Below, in pieces: positions 7,961 through 19,408 of a DNA stretch of 64,000 bases. Each line of letters opens with the position of its first letter. The stretch's first letter is position 1. The notes under the pieces were generated by a model, which worked only from the letters and a program-made list of their open reading frames with translations, was not told where the DNA came from and made no database searches. This DNA is from Syntrophomonadaceae bacterium (GTDB lineage: Bacteria; Bacillota; Dethiobacteria; DTU022; UBA8154). The stretch lies in assembly GCA_003556225.1 (NCBI GenBank), contig PWRN01000063.1:4060-68059 (forward strand), read 5' to 3'. The position numbers and the translations under genes were made by a program.

Positions 7961-8002
7961 GATAAGGCGAGCGGCGTCAAGTATTTCAAGCGCCCTCGCC
8001 TT
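7958..8002 (-). terminator. intrinsic terminator downstream of sigA
   Basis: AAGGCGAGCGGCG ... CGCCCTCGCCTT 12-bp stem, followed on minus strand by ATCCTTTATAAT. Confidence 0.5.
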
Positions 8003-8040
8003 ATATATTTTGTGATGTTTTTGTGATGTTCTGGGAGCGT

Positions 8041-9136
<1,096 letters not shown>

Positions 9137-9144
<8 letters not shown>

Positions 9145-10957
9145 CAAAATCCTCTCCTTCCCCAGGGCGTTTAAGCTCATCCTCCCACTTTCGAAGGTCA
9201 CGAATTCTTCTCAGCATCTCACTGGTTTTTTCCCGGTTGGTTTCATTTTTCAGCAATCGTATGAGCCTGTCCCGTTCTTCGGACCAGCGCAGGGATTTGA
9301 TTTTGCGGATGCAATCACGGACCGTTTTTTCCGTATGCCAATGATCACCCTGCAGTTCGGGAAGAGCCAGCTGCATAATAATGCTCTGCATGTCAGGCTC
9401 TGAAAAACAGCCAAGAAGCGCGGCAGGGGCGATTTCTTGCCCTTCCCGGACCCGGTTGACCATGGCTACGGCAACTTCACGGTACGGTCCCTGGGAGAAA
9501 TCATCCGGCCCGAGGCGCTCAAAGGCAGTAGCGGCATAAGTCGGTTCCCGCATCAGGCAGGCAAGCAGCTCCTTCTCCGCTACTTCCCGCGGCGATACCG
9601 AGGGGTTGCTGGAACTGCTCCTCTTGACCTTTTGCCCGGAATCTGCCTTTCTCTGTCCTGCTATTATCTTCTCCAAGTCTCCCCGTAATACCTCTAGGGG
9701 AACGTTGATTTCTTCTGCAATTTTTTTCAAATAGGTTTCTTTTTCCACGGGCTCGGAAAGGGTCGCCAGCACCTTTCGGGCCGACTTCCAGTAGTTCACC
9801 CGCCCTTCCTCTCTTCGTAAATCGTAAATCTTTTTGAGCATAAACAGTCGATATTCCAGCAGCGGCAGTGCTTTTTCCAAGATATTTTCTTGAAAGGCCT
9901 GGCCGCCGAATTGTTGAACATAGTCGGCCGGATCCATGTTTTCAGGAAGCACGGCCACGCGGGCATGGATGCTCTCATTTTTTAAGAGCTCCAGTCCCCT
10001 CAAAGAGGCTTGTTGTCCCCCACTGTCGGCATCAAAAGCCAGGGTGATGGTTTCCAGGCGCCCCCTTAAGAGCGCCACCTGGTTCTCTGTTAGCGAAGTG
10101 CCCAGCGGGGCTACGGCGTGCTCGACCTGGTGCTGGCGCAGGAGGATCACATCCATGTATCCTTCCACGACAAGGGCTTCCTTCAACCGCCTGATGGAAG
10201 GCAAAGCCAGGTTAAGCCCGTAGAGCACGTTTCGCTTGTTGAAGAGAGCCGATTCCGGGGAGTTCAGGTATTTAGGCTCATTATCATCCAGGCTGCGGCC
10301 TCCAAAAGCAATCACCTGTCCCCGGCGATCCTGGATGGGAAAGATGAGCCGATGGCGAAAATAATCGAAATAGTGTCCCGGGGTTTTCTGGCTCAACAGG
10401 CCGGCCTGGAGAGCCAGCTCCAGGTTGTAGCCTTCTTTCTTAAACACGGCAAGGAGATTTTCCCAGCCGTCCGGGGCAAATCCCAACCCGAATTCTTGCA
10501 TGGTCTTCTCTTGCAAGCCCCGGTCTCGCAGATATTTCAGCACTTTTTTGCCCTGTGAGCCTTCCCAAAGGCTGCCCTGGTAGTAAGACATGGCCCGGCG
10601 GTGCATCTGCAGCAAACTTTCCCGGAGCTTTTTTCTTTTGCTTTCCTCGGGCGTTTCCGGGCGATCATCCACCCGCATGCCCGCCTTTTCCGCCAAAAAC
10701 TTGACCGCTTCTGGGAAACTCATCCCTTCCATCTGCATGATGAAGCTGAAGAGATTACCGCCTGTTTGACAGCCGAAGCAGTGAAAAATCTGTTTTTCTG
10801 GCGATACGGTAAACGAAGGGGTCTTCTCGGGATGGAAGGGACAAAGCCCCACAAAATTCCTACCCGTTTTTTTCAGGTCAATATAGGAGGCGATCAACTC
10901 ATAGATATCATAATGCTGGCGCACTCCCTCGATGACATCATCTGAAATGTACGTCAT
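9137..10957 (-). CDS. dnaG: DNA primase DnaG
   Basis: CHC2 zinc finger [11 protein letters not shown]...[16 protein letters not shown] region EGYMDVI; start taken at MTYISDDV (ATG 10957) by homology to primase N-termini. Confidence 0.9.
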
Positions 10958-11348
10958 AGCTCCCACCATACTTTTTTATATGTTCAAACCGGGGTTTTGA
11001 GTAAAAAACCTCATCCCTAAAGAGACGAGGTATGCTACCCAGGCTGGCATCTTTCCTTCTCTTGGAACGGGGTAATGCGTAACTTCAAATAGTACCTCCT
11101 CCCGCTATTCTTTTGCTTGAAAGGAAAGTGACTTCTAGTATTCGATGCCTTTAGAAAGAATCCTGCAAGAAAGCAAAAAATTATCAAACACGTCGAATCA
11201 GCGTTGCAGGCTCAATCCTTTTGCTCCTTTACCCGGGGCCAAGGTGAATGCCCGACCCGCCAAAACGCCTTTACGGCAGCACACCAGGCTGCAGCAATAG
11301 TGCTGCTGTTTCCCTGCCGGGGTCCCGCTAACCGGCGGATAAGGCTGT

Positions 11349-12356
11349 TTACCTGCTGCCGTCTTTCCAGGGCTTGGGAATAAATAGCTCTTCATAGACA
11401 GCGATAATATAGCGATCTGTCATTCCAGCGATGTAATCGCAAACCGCCCGTTCCATGCCGTACTGGAAACTCTGTTTTAAGGCATCGGGGGGGAGAGTTT
11501 CTTCACTCTTGATCAACCGCTGGTAGAGAGTCGTCATTACAAATTTCGCTTTTTGCTCTTCATTTTTGGCCGCAGACCCGATGTAGACACGCTCGAAGAG
11601 GAAGCGCCGTAAGCTGTCCACCACCCGGGCCACGGAATCGCTCATCATGATCACCTGTTTCTCCCAACTGTTTTCAATCAAGTTGCTGATCATGGTGTGC
11701 AGCCTCTGCGATCCGGTTTCCCCCAAACAGGCGATCTCTTCCGTGGGAAGCTGCCCGGGGGTTAAAATCCCGCCCCGCAGCGCATCATCGATGTCATGAT
11801 TAATATAGGCGATGCGGTCGCAAATGCGAACCAGCTGGCCTTCCAGGGTACAAGGCAGATCGCTTCCGGTGTGCTTAAGGATGCCGTCACGCACTTCCCA
11901 GGTCAGGTTTAAGCCCGCTTCTCCTTCCAGTAGATCCACGACCCGCAGGCTTTGCTCGTTGTGCTTAAAGCCGCCTGGAAAGAGTTCATTGAGAATTTCT
12001 TCTCCGGCATGCCCGAAAGGCGTGTGCCCCAGGTCGTGCCCCAGGGCGATAGCTTCCGTCAGGTCCTCATTCAAATGCAATGCCCGGGCCGCCGTGCGGG
12101 CAATCTGGGAAACCTCCAGGGTATGGGTGAGCCGGGTGCGGTAGTGATCCCCTTCCGGCGCGATGAAAACCTGGGTTTTGTGTTTCAACCTGCGAAAGGC
12201 CTTGGAGTGGATAATCCGATCCCGGTCCCGTTGGTAGGCCGTACGAAACTCGCAGGGTGGCTCTTCACGCTCCCTACCCCGGCTCTTGATGTTTAGAGAA
12301 GCGTGAGGACTGAGCATTTCTACTTCCAGTTCTTCCAGCTGACGTCTTCGCCGCAA
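11349..12356 (-). CDS. dgt: dGTPase-like HD-domain phosphohydrolase (dGTP triphosphohydrolase family)
   Basis: HD motif region TRLTHTLEVSQIAR...GHDLGHTPFGHAGE; TTG start with GGGAAGG SD. Confidence 0.8.
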   Translation of the reverse strand: MRRRRQLEELEVEMLSPHASLNIKSRGREREEPPCEFRTAYQRDRDRIIHSKAFRRLKHKTQVFIAPEGDHYRTRLTHTLEVSQIARTAARALHLNEDLTEAIALGHDLGHTPFGHAGEEILNELFPGGFKHNEQSLRVVDLLEGEAGLNLTWEVRDGILKHTGSDLPCTLEGQLVRICDRIAYINHDIDDALRGGILTPGQLPTEEIACLGETGSQRLHTMISNLIENSWEKQVIMMSDSVARVVDSLRRFLFERVYIGSAAKNEEQKAKFVMTTLYQRLIKSEETLPPDALKQSFQYGMERAVCDYIAGMTDRYIIAVYEELFIPKPWKDGSR

Positions 12357-12745
12357 TGGTCTAACCTGCCTTCCCTCTCGGGGTTAAAAACCGCGCACGC
12401 AGTGATGTTGGATGCAGTGCCGCAACAAACAAATACCCTTATTGTTTGCCACCGTTACTATTAAGTTTCCCCTGGGAAGAAGCAATTCCTGCCTCCCAAC
12501 CTGGAAAAATCAAGTTTCGCGGCTGCTTCCTTATCGCTGCAGCAGATTACGGCCTTTGGTCGGTTTCTCCCAGGTCAAGGGTCCTCAAGGAACCTTGCGA
12601 GCCCAAGGGCTTCCTCCGTGTAGATCGAGCTTCCCCCCTGGCTGCCGGTTCCTTTTCGCCACGACTTGTTATTTGCACGCTTTTTTAGTAAAATATGCAT
12701 ACAAGATTTTGATTTTTCTAATGTTACAAAGTGAGGAGCACCACC

Positions 12746-14257
12746 ATGGTTAACCCTGATCAAACCCGGCTCCGAAATGCGAACGAGGAAAGCGCCTTAA
12801 TCAAGGACCTGCCCCTGAAAAAAAGGATTGCAGAGATCATGAGAACCCCACCTGTCATCTGTGGCTACATGGACAGCGTTGGAAAAATTGCCGAGACCAT
12901 GTCGGAAAACGATGTCTCTTCCCTGGTGGTGATGGCTCCAAACGGCGCTCCCCAGGGAATCATCACGGAAAAGGACCTGGTCAAGCGGGTGCTGACCCGG
13001 GATCCCCTGGAAATAAAGGAAATCAAAGCTCATCAAATCATGAGTGAAAATCTCATTGCGGTCGAGCCGAACGATTTTTCTTATCAAGCCCTGCTCCTCA
13101 TGGCCAAGCACAGCATTAAGCATATCGTGGTAACCCGGGAGGGAACCCTGGTAGGGATCGTGACCATGCGCGACCTGATCCGCAGCCGCCAGTCGGGCGC
13201 CCTGAGCATTGTCAACACGATTGAATCCCGGTATAGCATCGAGGACTTGAGCGATGCCGTGGAAGACATTGATCGCATGCTACAGGCACTGATTGCAGAG
13301 CGGGCTTACGCTTCCGAGATCTGCCTGCTCATTACTGAATTCTATGACCGCCTAACCCGGAGAATTATTCTCATGGCGGAAGATGAGATGACAGCAGAGC
13401 ACGGGCCGCCCCCGGTGAAATATAGTTTTATCAACATGGGAAGCAGCGGCCGCCTGGAGCAGTATTCACGGACAGACCAGGATAATGGCATTATCTATGA
13501 AGATGCCCCGGAAGGAGCAGACCCCGAAGAAATCCAGCGCTATTTCCTGGCCCTGGGTGAGAAAATCGTGGATGGGCTGGCATTTTGCGGTTTTGAAAAG
13601 TGCGAAGGCCTGGTCATGGCCAACAACCCGGAGTGGTGCAACTCTTTATCTGCATGGTGCCAACTTAACAAGTGGTGGATCGAGGAATTGCACCCGGAGA
13701 ATATTCGCAAGATGACCATTTTCCTGGACTTTCGGCATATATGCGGCGAGAGTGAACTGACGAATCGATTAAAGGCATTTGTGAGCGAGGCATACCGCAC
13801 CGCAAATACGGCGCTGCTCTTCCTGGCGGAAGATGATCTGCGCCACAAGGCCCCTTTGAATGTCTTCAGGCAGATTGTCACGGAGAAAGGCGGGGAACAT
13901 CACAACCAGGTAAACCTCAAAGGCACGGGCAGCGTACACATCGTGGACTGCATCCGTTTGTTTGCTTTGCAAGACAGCATCCAGGAAACTTCGACCTTTG
14001 GAAGGCTGGAAGCACTAAAAGGAGGAACGGTCTTAAAGAATGATGACATCGAATTCATCGAAGCGGCGCACGAAAACTTGATGATGTTCCGCATCCAGGA
14101 AGCCGCCGAAAAAATGAGCCGCGGGGAACAACCCAACAATTACATCAACCCTTACCTGCTAACCAAAAAAGAACAATCTCTCTTGCGGGAGTCTTTCCTG
14201 GCGGTGAGCCGTTTGCAGCATTTAACCGAAAAACACTTCCTCGTTTACAAGGGCTAA
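12746..14257 (+). CDS. CBS-pair + DUF294 nucleotidyltransferase-domain signalling protein
   Basis: two CBS repeats then GSSGRLEQ...DQD nucleotidyltransferase motif; ATG 12746 preceded by GTGAGGAG (track start GTG 12731 is itself the SD). Confidence 0.7.
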   Translation: MVNPDQTRLRNANEESALIKDLPLKKRIAEIMRTPPVICGYMDSVGKIAETMSENDVSSLVVMAPNGAPQGIITEKDLVKRVLTRDPLEIKEIKAHQIMSENLIAVEPNDFSYQALLLMAKHSIKHIVVTREGTLVGIVTMRDLIRSRQSGALSIVNTIESRYSIEDLSDAVEDIDRMLQALIAERAYASEICLLITEFYDRLTRRIILMAEDEMTAEHGPPPVKYSFINMGSSGRLEQYSRTDQDNGIIYEDAPEGADPEEIQRYFLALGEKIVDGLAFCGFEKCEGLVMANNPEWCNSLSAWCQLNKWWIEELHPENIRKMTIFLDFRHICGESELTNRLKAFVSEAYRTANTALLFLAEDDLRHKAPLNVFRQIVTEKGGEHHNQVNLKGTGSVHIVDCIRLFALQDSIQETSTFGRLEALKGGTVLKNDDIEFIEAAHENLMMFRIQEAAEKMSRGEQPNNYINPYLLTKKEQSLLRESFLAVSRLQHLTEKHFLVYKG

Positions 14258-14286
14258 ATCACAAGGCTTTTCGAAAAGGTATAACC

Positions 14287-14331
14287 CCTGGAGGCAGAAG
14301 ATGTTCACCAGTCCAGGACGGTCTTTTTTTT
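14287..14331 (+). terminator. intrinsic terminator (CCTGGA...TCCAGG stem + 9 T)
   Basis: 6-bp stem, 19-nt loop, TTTTTTTTT; 30 nt after CBS/DUF294 stop. Confidence 0.5.
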
Positions 14332-14433
14332 ATGTACTGCTTGAACTGGACCCAGCATCTATGAGAAAATAAGAAAAGGGTGATGCCCTGAAGCCATGCT
14401 GCAACGAGAAAATTCGCCCGAGGAGGCACCACG

Positions 14434-15657
14434 ATGTCCAACAACTGGAAAAAACCCACTGCCTGCTGTTTGTTGCTGGTCATGCTCCTTGCCGGACTCC
14501 ACGCATTCCTTTTGCCTGCCAGGACTGACGCCCAAGAAGCCGTTTTCACTGATTTAGAAGCTCATGCCGCCGTCTTGCTGGAATACCATTCCGGGGAGGT
14601 TCTCTTTGCACAAAATGCCGAAGAACCGCTTCCACCCGCCAGCCTGACAAAAATCATGACCCTCCTGGTGGCATACGAAGCCCTGGATGAAGGTCGCACC
14701 ACCTGGGATGAGCTGGTGACCATCAGTGAACGATCCTGGGCCACGGGCGGTTCCCAGATGTTCCTGGAAATTGGGCAGCAGGTCCCCATGGGGGAACTGA
14801 TTGCCGGCATTGCCACCATTTCAGCCAACGATGCCTGTGTGGCAATCGCCGAACACCTTTACGGCTCAGAGGAATTGTTTGTCCAGGCGATGAACCGGAC
14901 AGCCCGCGAGCTGGGCCTGGTCCATACACATTTTACAAATGCTTCCGGCCTTCCCCATCCGGAACACTATGCTTCCGCCATGGATCTGGCTCGCCTCGCC
15001 CATCACTTTATCCAAAACTACCCCGAATCCCTGGCGCTGCACGCGCAAAAAGAATTTACCTTCAATGAAATCCTCCAGTACAACCGCAATCCCCTCCTGG
15101 GCAGATACCCGGGGGCCGACGGACTGAAAACAGGTCATACGGAAGCGGCCGGCTATTGCCTGGTGGGCACAGCCGCCCAGCAAGGGATGCGTTTTATTGC
15201 CGTGGTCATGAACGCTCCCAGCAACGCGGCACGGCAAAACGATACAGAGACCATGTTCAACTATGCTTTCCGCACCTATACACTGCACCGCATTTTTGAC
15301 CGAGGTGAACATGTTGACTCCGTTAAAGTAGCCGGGGGACAAGAACGCTACGTGGAAGTTAAAACCGATGGCCCGGTGGAAGTCGTGGTATCGGCTCTTC
15401 GGGAGGACGATGTCCAGTCCCGGATCGAAACCCTGGAGAGCATTCCCGCCAGGGTTGAAATCGGCACACCCGCCGGACACGTCGAAGTCATCCTGGATGA
15501 CAGAATCCTGCAGAGAGTTTCCCTTTCTGCGGCCGATGAAGTCGAGCGGGCCGGAAGAATTTCGCTGTTTTTCCGTGCCCTGGGAGACTTTTTCGCGAAC
15601 CTCTGGTGGGGCTTCACCGACTGGTTGAAAGAGATCATCCCCCTGCCCATGGAATGA
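14434..15657 (+). CDS. D-alanyl-D-alanine carboxypeptidase (PBP5/DacF family), signal peptide
   Basis: SLTK (SxxK), SAND (SxN), KTGHT (KTG) active-site motifs; GAGGAGG SD. Confidence 0.8.
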   Translation: MSNNWKKPTACCLLLVMLLAGLHAFLLPARTDAQEAVFTDLEAHAAVLLEYHSGEVLFAQNAEEPLPPASLTKIMTLLVAYEALDEGRTTWDELVTISERSWATGGSQMFLEIGQQVPMGELIAGIATISANDACVAIAEHLYGSEELFVQAMNRTARELGLVHTHFTNASGLPHPEHYASAMDLARLAHHFIQNYPESLALHAQKEFTFNEILQYNRNPLLGRYPGADGLKTGHTEAAGYCLVGTAAQQGMRFIAVVMNAPSNAARQNDTETMFNYAFRTYTLHRIFDRGEHVDSVKVAGGQERYVEVKTDGPVEVVVSALREDDVQSRIETLESIPARVEIGTPAGHVEVILDDRILQRVSLSAADEVERAGRISLFFRALGDFFANLWWGFTDWLKEIIPLPME

Positions 15658-15687
15658 CCCCAGGACCGGACCAAAGCCCGGAACATT

Positions 15688-15727
15688 AAAAAAACAGCAG
15701 TCCTGCGCCCTGCAGGCTGCTGTTTTT
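15688..15727. terminator. bidirectional terminator between dac gene (+) and ppdK (-)
   Basis: AAAAAAACAGCAG-tcctgcgccctgcagg-CTGCTGTTTTT with internal CCTGC/GCAGG stem. Confidence 0.6.
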
Positions 15728-15764
15728 ACAAGTGAGCAGCTTATGCTATGTATTTAATCCCTCG

Positions 15765-18425
15765 TCACCGCTCCTGTTCACTGCTTATCCCCAAGGCTGC
15801 CTGGGCGGCAGCCAGTCGGGCAATGGGTACCCTGAAAGGCGAACAGCTCACGTAATCCAGGCCGATCTTGTGGCAAAACTCGATGGAGCCGGGGTCTCCC
15901 CCATGTTCACCGCAGATTCCTACTTTTAAAGATGGCTTCTTGCTGCGACCCGCTTGCACCGCCTGGATCATCAGGTCGCCTACTCCCTCGCGATCCAGAA
16001 CGATAAAGGGGTTTTCGGGCAAAATCTTGTTTTGCACATAAAAAGGCAAAAACTTCCCTTCCGCGTCGTCACGGCTATAACCAAACGTTGTCTGGGTTAA
16101 ATCGTTGGTGCCGAAAGAAAAGAAGTCGGCATGGCGGGCGATCTCACCTGCCGTAACGCAGGCGCGCGGCAGCTCGATCATGGTGCCCACGGTAAAATCG
16201 AAGCGCGCCGCCGTTTCTTCCTTCACGCGAGAAGCTTCTTCCAGCACGATTTCCCGCATGATTTCCAGTTCACGAAAGTGCCCGACCAGGGGGATCATAA
16301 TTTCCGGCTTCACGGACAGTTTTTCCTGCTGGAGAGAAACGACTGCCTGGCAGATGGCGCGAACCTGCATGCGATAGATTTCCGGGAAAACTAACCCGAT
16401 GCGGCATCCCCGGTGTCCCAACATGGGATTCTGTTCACTCAAGCTGCGCAGTTTGGTCAATAAACGCTCCTTGGCCTGGAGTTCTTCCCCGCGGTGATCC
16501 CGTTCTCTCAAGCAGGCAACCTGGACCAGGAGTTCTTCCTTGTCAGGCAAAAATTCGTGCAAAGGTGGATCCAAAAGGCGAATGTTGACGGGCAAACCCG
16601 CCATTTCGCGGAAAATAAGCTCAAAGTCTGCCTGCTGGATGGGTAGCAGCCGGTTCAGGGCAGCGGCACGTGCTTCGGCGGTTTCTGCCAGGATCATCTC
16701 CTGCACCAGGGGCATGCGTTCCGTTTCCATGAACATATGCTCCGTACGGCAAAGCCCGATCCCTTCGGCGCCAAACTCCCTGGCCTTGCGTGCATCATTC
16801 AAGGTATCGGCGTTGGCACGAACCTCCAGGGTGCGAACTTCATCGGCCCAGCCAAGCAGCTTTTTGAATTCGGGGCTTAACAAGGGAGGAATCAAGGGAA
16901 CCTCTCCGGCATAAACATAGCCGCTGGTTCCGTCAATGGTAATGACATCACCCTCGTTGATCACCCGATCGTCTATTTTGAAAAAAGCTTCCCGGGGATC
17001 GATCCTTAAGGCATCGCATCCAGTAATACAGGGCTTTCCCATGCCCCGGGCGACGACGGCCGCATGGCTGGTCATCCCCCCGCGGCTGGTCAGGACACCC
17101 TGGGCAGCGACAATGCCGTGGATATCATCGGGAGTTGTTTCCGAGCGGACCAGGATCACCCTTTGCCCTTCCTGCCCTTTTTTCTCAGCCAGGTTGGCAT
17201 CAAAGACAACCTTACCCCAGGCCGCCCCCGGAGAAGCAGGCAGGCCCCTGGCCAAAGGCTCCGGCGTTTGTGCAAGATCAATCCGGCGGTGCAGCAGCTG
17301 CACCAGCTGGGCCGGATCAGTCCGCAGCAGCGCTTCTTCTTTCGAACTTTTTCCTTCACCAACCAGGTCTACGGCAACCTTGATCGCGGCACCGGCCGTG
17401 CGTTTGCCTTTGCGCGTCTGCAGGATATAAAGAACCCCTTTTTCGATGGTGAATTCAATATCCTGCATATCCCCGTAATGCTTTTCCAGGATATCACAGA
17501 GAAGGGTAAACTGGCCGTATACCTGGGGGTTCTGATCCTGGAGGGTAGAGATGGGAAGGGGTGTGCGGCTGCCGGCAACCACGTCCTCCCCCTGGGCATT
17601 GAAGAGAAACTCCCCGTAAAGTTCCTTTTCTCCCGTGGAAGGGTTACGGGTAAAAGCCACCCCCGTTCCGCTGTCTTCTCCCATGTTGCCAAAAACCATG
17701 GACTGGATGGTGACAGCGGTTCCCAGGTCATCGGGAATACGGTTTAGCTTGCGGTAAACAACCGCCCGATCATTGTTCCAGGAAGCAAAGACCGCTTGCA
17801 CGGCCTCGCTCAGCTGCTGGTACGGGTTCTGGGGGAACCCGCCGGGCATCTCCTTCTCCACAATCTCCTGGAATTGTTGCAGGACCTTTTCCCAACCCGC
17901 TTCCGGCAAATCCTGGGTGAGTGCCACTCCATAGGTCTTTTTCACGGTATCCAGGACCCGTTCAAAGTGATATCGCCCGATTTTCAGGACAACATCGCTG
18001 TACATCTGGAGGAAGCGGCGGTAACAGTCCAGGGCAAACCTGCGGTTGCCCGTTTGGCGGGCCAGCCCTTCAACCGTACGATCGTTTAAGCCCAGGTTTA
18101 AGATCGTATCCATCATGCCGGGCATGGAATAGTAAGCACCCGAGCGCACGGAGAGCAGCAGGGGAGCGTCTTCACTGCCAAAAATCTTACCGGTCTGCTG
18201 CTCCAGCTGCGCCAGGGCCTGGAAAATCTCCTGCTTAAGTCCTTCGGTAATTACTTCCCCGTGACGATAGTAATCATTGCATGCTTCCGTGGTAATAATA
18301 AAACCCGGGGGAACCGGTAAACCCATGCGGGTCATCTCAGTCAGGTTAGCACCCTTTCCTCCGAGCAACTTTTTCATGTCCGACTTGCCCTCGGCAAACA
18401 AGTATACCTGTTTACTTTTGCTCAT
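15765..18425 (-). CDS. ppdK: pyruvate, phosphate dikinase
   Basis: 886 aa; N-terminal YLF.EG...MK.LLGGKGANL ATP-grasp, central catalytic His region GGMTSHAAVVARGMG, C-terminal PEP-utilising TIM barrel. Confidence 0.9.
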   Translation of the reverse strand: MSKSKQVYLFAEGKSDMKKLLGGKGANLTEMTRMGLPVPPGFIITTEACNDYYRHGEVITEGLKQEIFQALAQLEQQTGKIFGSEDAPLLLSVRSGAYYSMPGMMDTILNLGLNDRTVEGLARQTGNRRFALDCYRRFLQMYSDVVLKIGRYHFERVLDTVKKTYGVALTQDLPEAGWEKVLQQFQEIVEKEMPGGFPQNPYQQLSEAVQAVFASWNNDRAVVYRKLNRIPDDLGTAVTIQSMVFGNMGEDSGTGVAFTRNPSTGEKELYGEFLFNAQGEDVVAGSRTPLPISTLQDQNPQVYGQFTLLCDILEKHYGDMQDIEFTIEKGVLYILQTRKGKRTAGAAIKVAVDLVGEGKSSKEEALLRTDPAQLVQLLHRRIDLAQTPEPLARGLPASPGAAWGKVVFDANLAEKKGQEGQRVILVRSETTPDDIHGIVAAQGVLTSRGGMTSHAAVVARGMGKPCITGCDALRIDPREAFFKIDDRVINEGDVITIDGTSGYVYAGEVPLIPPLLSPEFKKLLGWADEVRTLEVRANADTLNDARKAREFGAEGIGLCRTEHMFMETERMPLVQEMILAETAEARAAALNRLLPIQQADFELIFREMAGLPVNIRLLDPPLHEFLPDKEELLVQVACLRERDHRGEELQAKERLLTKLRSLSEQNPMLGHRGCRIGLVFPEIYRMQVRAICQAVVSLQQEKLSVKPEIMIPLVGHFRELEIMREIVLEEASRVKEETAARFDFTVGTMIELPRACVTAGEIARHADFFSFGTNDLTQTTFGYSRDDAEGKFLPFYVQNKILPENPFIVLDREGVGDLMIQAVQAGRSKKPSLKVGICGEHGGDPGSIEFCHKIGLDYVSCSPFRVPIARLAAAQAALGISSEQER

Positions 18426-19221
18426 CCTGCCTGGACTCCTTTATCGCGTGTAGTACCTTGCTGGCTACTTCTTCTACTGCCTTGTTGGATACATCGAATA
18501 CAGGGCAACTCAACCTGCGCATGATCCGCCTGGCATATTCCAGCTCTTCCAGGATTCTCTCCATGTTGGCGTAATTTGCCCGGGATTTTAACCCCAGGGT
18601 GTTCAGCCTCTCCATGCGGATCTCTCGCAAGATTTCCGGGTGAATGGTCAGACCGACAACCTGGTTTTCAGGTATCCAGAAAAGCTCCTGGGGAGGCTCC
18701 ACCTCAGGCACCAGGGGAGAGTTGGCCACCTTGAGGTTGCGGTGGGCCAGGTACATGCTCAGGGGCGTCTTGGATGTGCGAGAGACACCCACCAGGACCA
18801 CATCAGCTTGCAAAATGCCTTTCGGATCCTTGCCGTCGTCATGCTTAACGGCAAACTCGATGGCGGCAATCCGTCGAAAATAATCTTCATCCATGCGGCG
18901 TACCAGGCCCGGTTCCAGGCGTGGATCAGCAGGCATGATTTTCGATAAGGCTTCCAGCATCGGTCCCAGAATATCCACGATGGGGATATCATACTTGCTG
19001 GCTTCCTGGAAAATGGCCTGGCGGAGTTCGGGCATAACCAGGGTAAAGGCGATCATGCTTTTATCCCTCGAGGCTTCTTCAACCACCTGCTTGATGCGGT
19101 CGATATTGTTCACAAAGGACTCTTTGCGAATTTTCACATGCCCGGAATTAAACTGACTGGCCACCGCGTTCACAACTAATTCTGCAGTTTCCCCGATCGA
19201 ATCTGAAATAACGTAAACCAT
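18412..19221 (-). CDS. pyruvate,phosphate dikinase regulatory protein (PDRP, DUF299, YqfL family)
   Basis: MVYVISDSIGETAELV N-terminus and P-loop-like GVSRTSKTP; 14-nt overlap with ppdK start; ATG 19221 with GGAAGGA SD (TTG 19242 alternative). Confidence 0.8.
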   Translation of the reverse strand: MVYVISDSIGETAELVVNAVASQFNSGHVKIRKESFVNNIDRIKQVVEEASRDKSMIAFTLVMPELRQAIFQEASKYDIPIVDILGPMLEALSKIMPADPRLEPGLVRRMDEDYFRRIAAIEFAVKHDDGKDPKGILQADVVLVGVSRTSKTPLSMYLAHRNLKVANSPLVPEVEPPQELFWIPENQVVGLTIHPEILREIRMERLNTLGLKSRANYANMERILEELEYARRIMRRLSCPVFDVSNKAVEEVASKVLHAIKESRQDEQK

Positions 19222-19408
19222 GGGTTCTTTTCCTTCCGGCAATGCTCCCGGAGCACCTCCTCACGATGTTCTTCACGTCCCAAGCGTGTTTTGGTTTCAA
19301 GAGAACCTTCTTCTTCACCCCTCTATCCTGCTCCTCCATTCCCAGGAATCACCTTTCATACTTATTCCACCCGAAAAAAGAAAATCCTTTCTTTATTTTT
19401 TTCGGGTT

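Noticed and set aside
11198-11395. 65-aa minus ORF overlapping dgt 3' end; 52-aa plus ORF at ~11115-11275
   Set aside because: No Shine-Dalgarno, low-complexity composition, overlaps a confidently called gene or an intergenic structured region.
12412-12753. 113-aa and 80-aa plus-strand ORFs in the dgt / CBS-DUF294 spacer
   Set aside because: No RBS, run through the promoter and SD of the downstream gene, GC-rich shadow frames.
16105-18238. Multiple 80-230-aa plus-strand ORFs inside ppdK
   Set aside because: Antisense to a highly conserved 886-aa PPDK; typical high-GC shadow ORFs.
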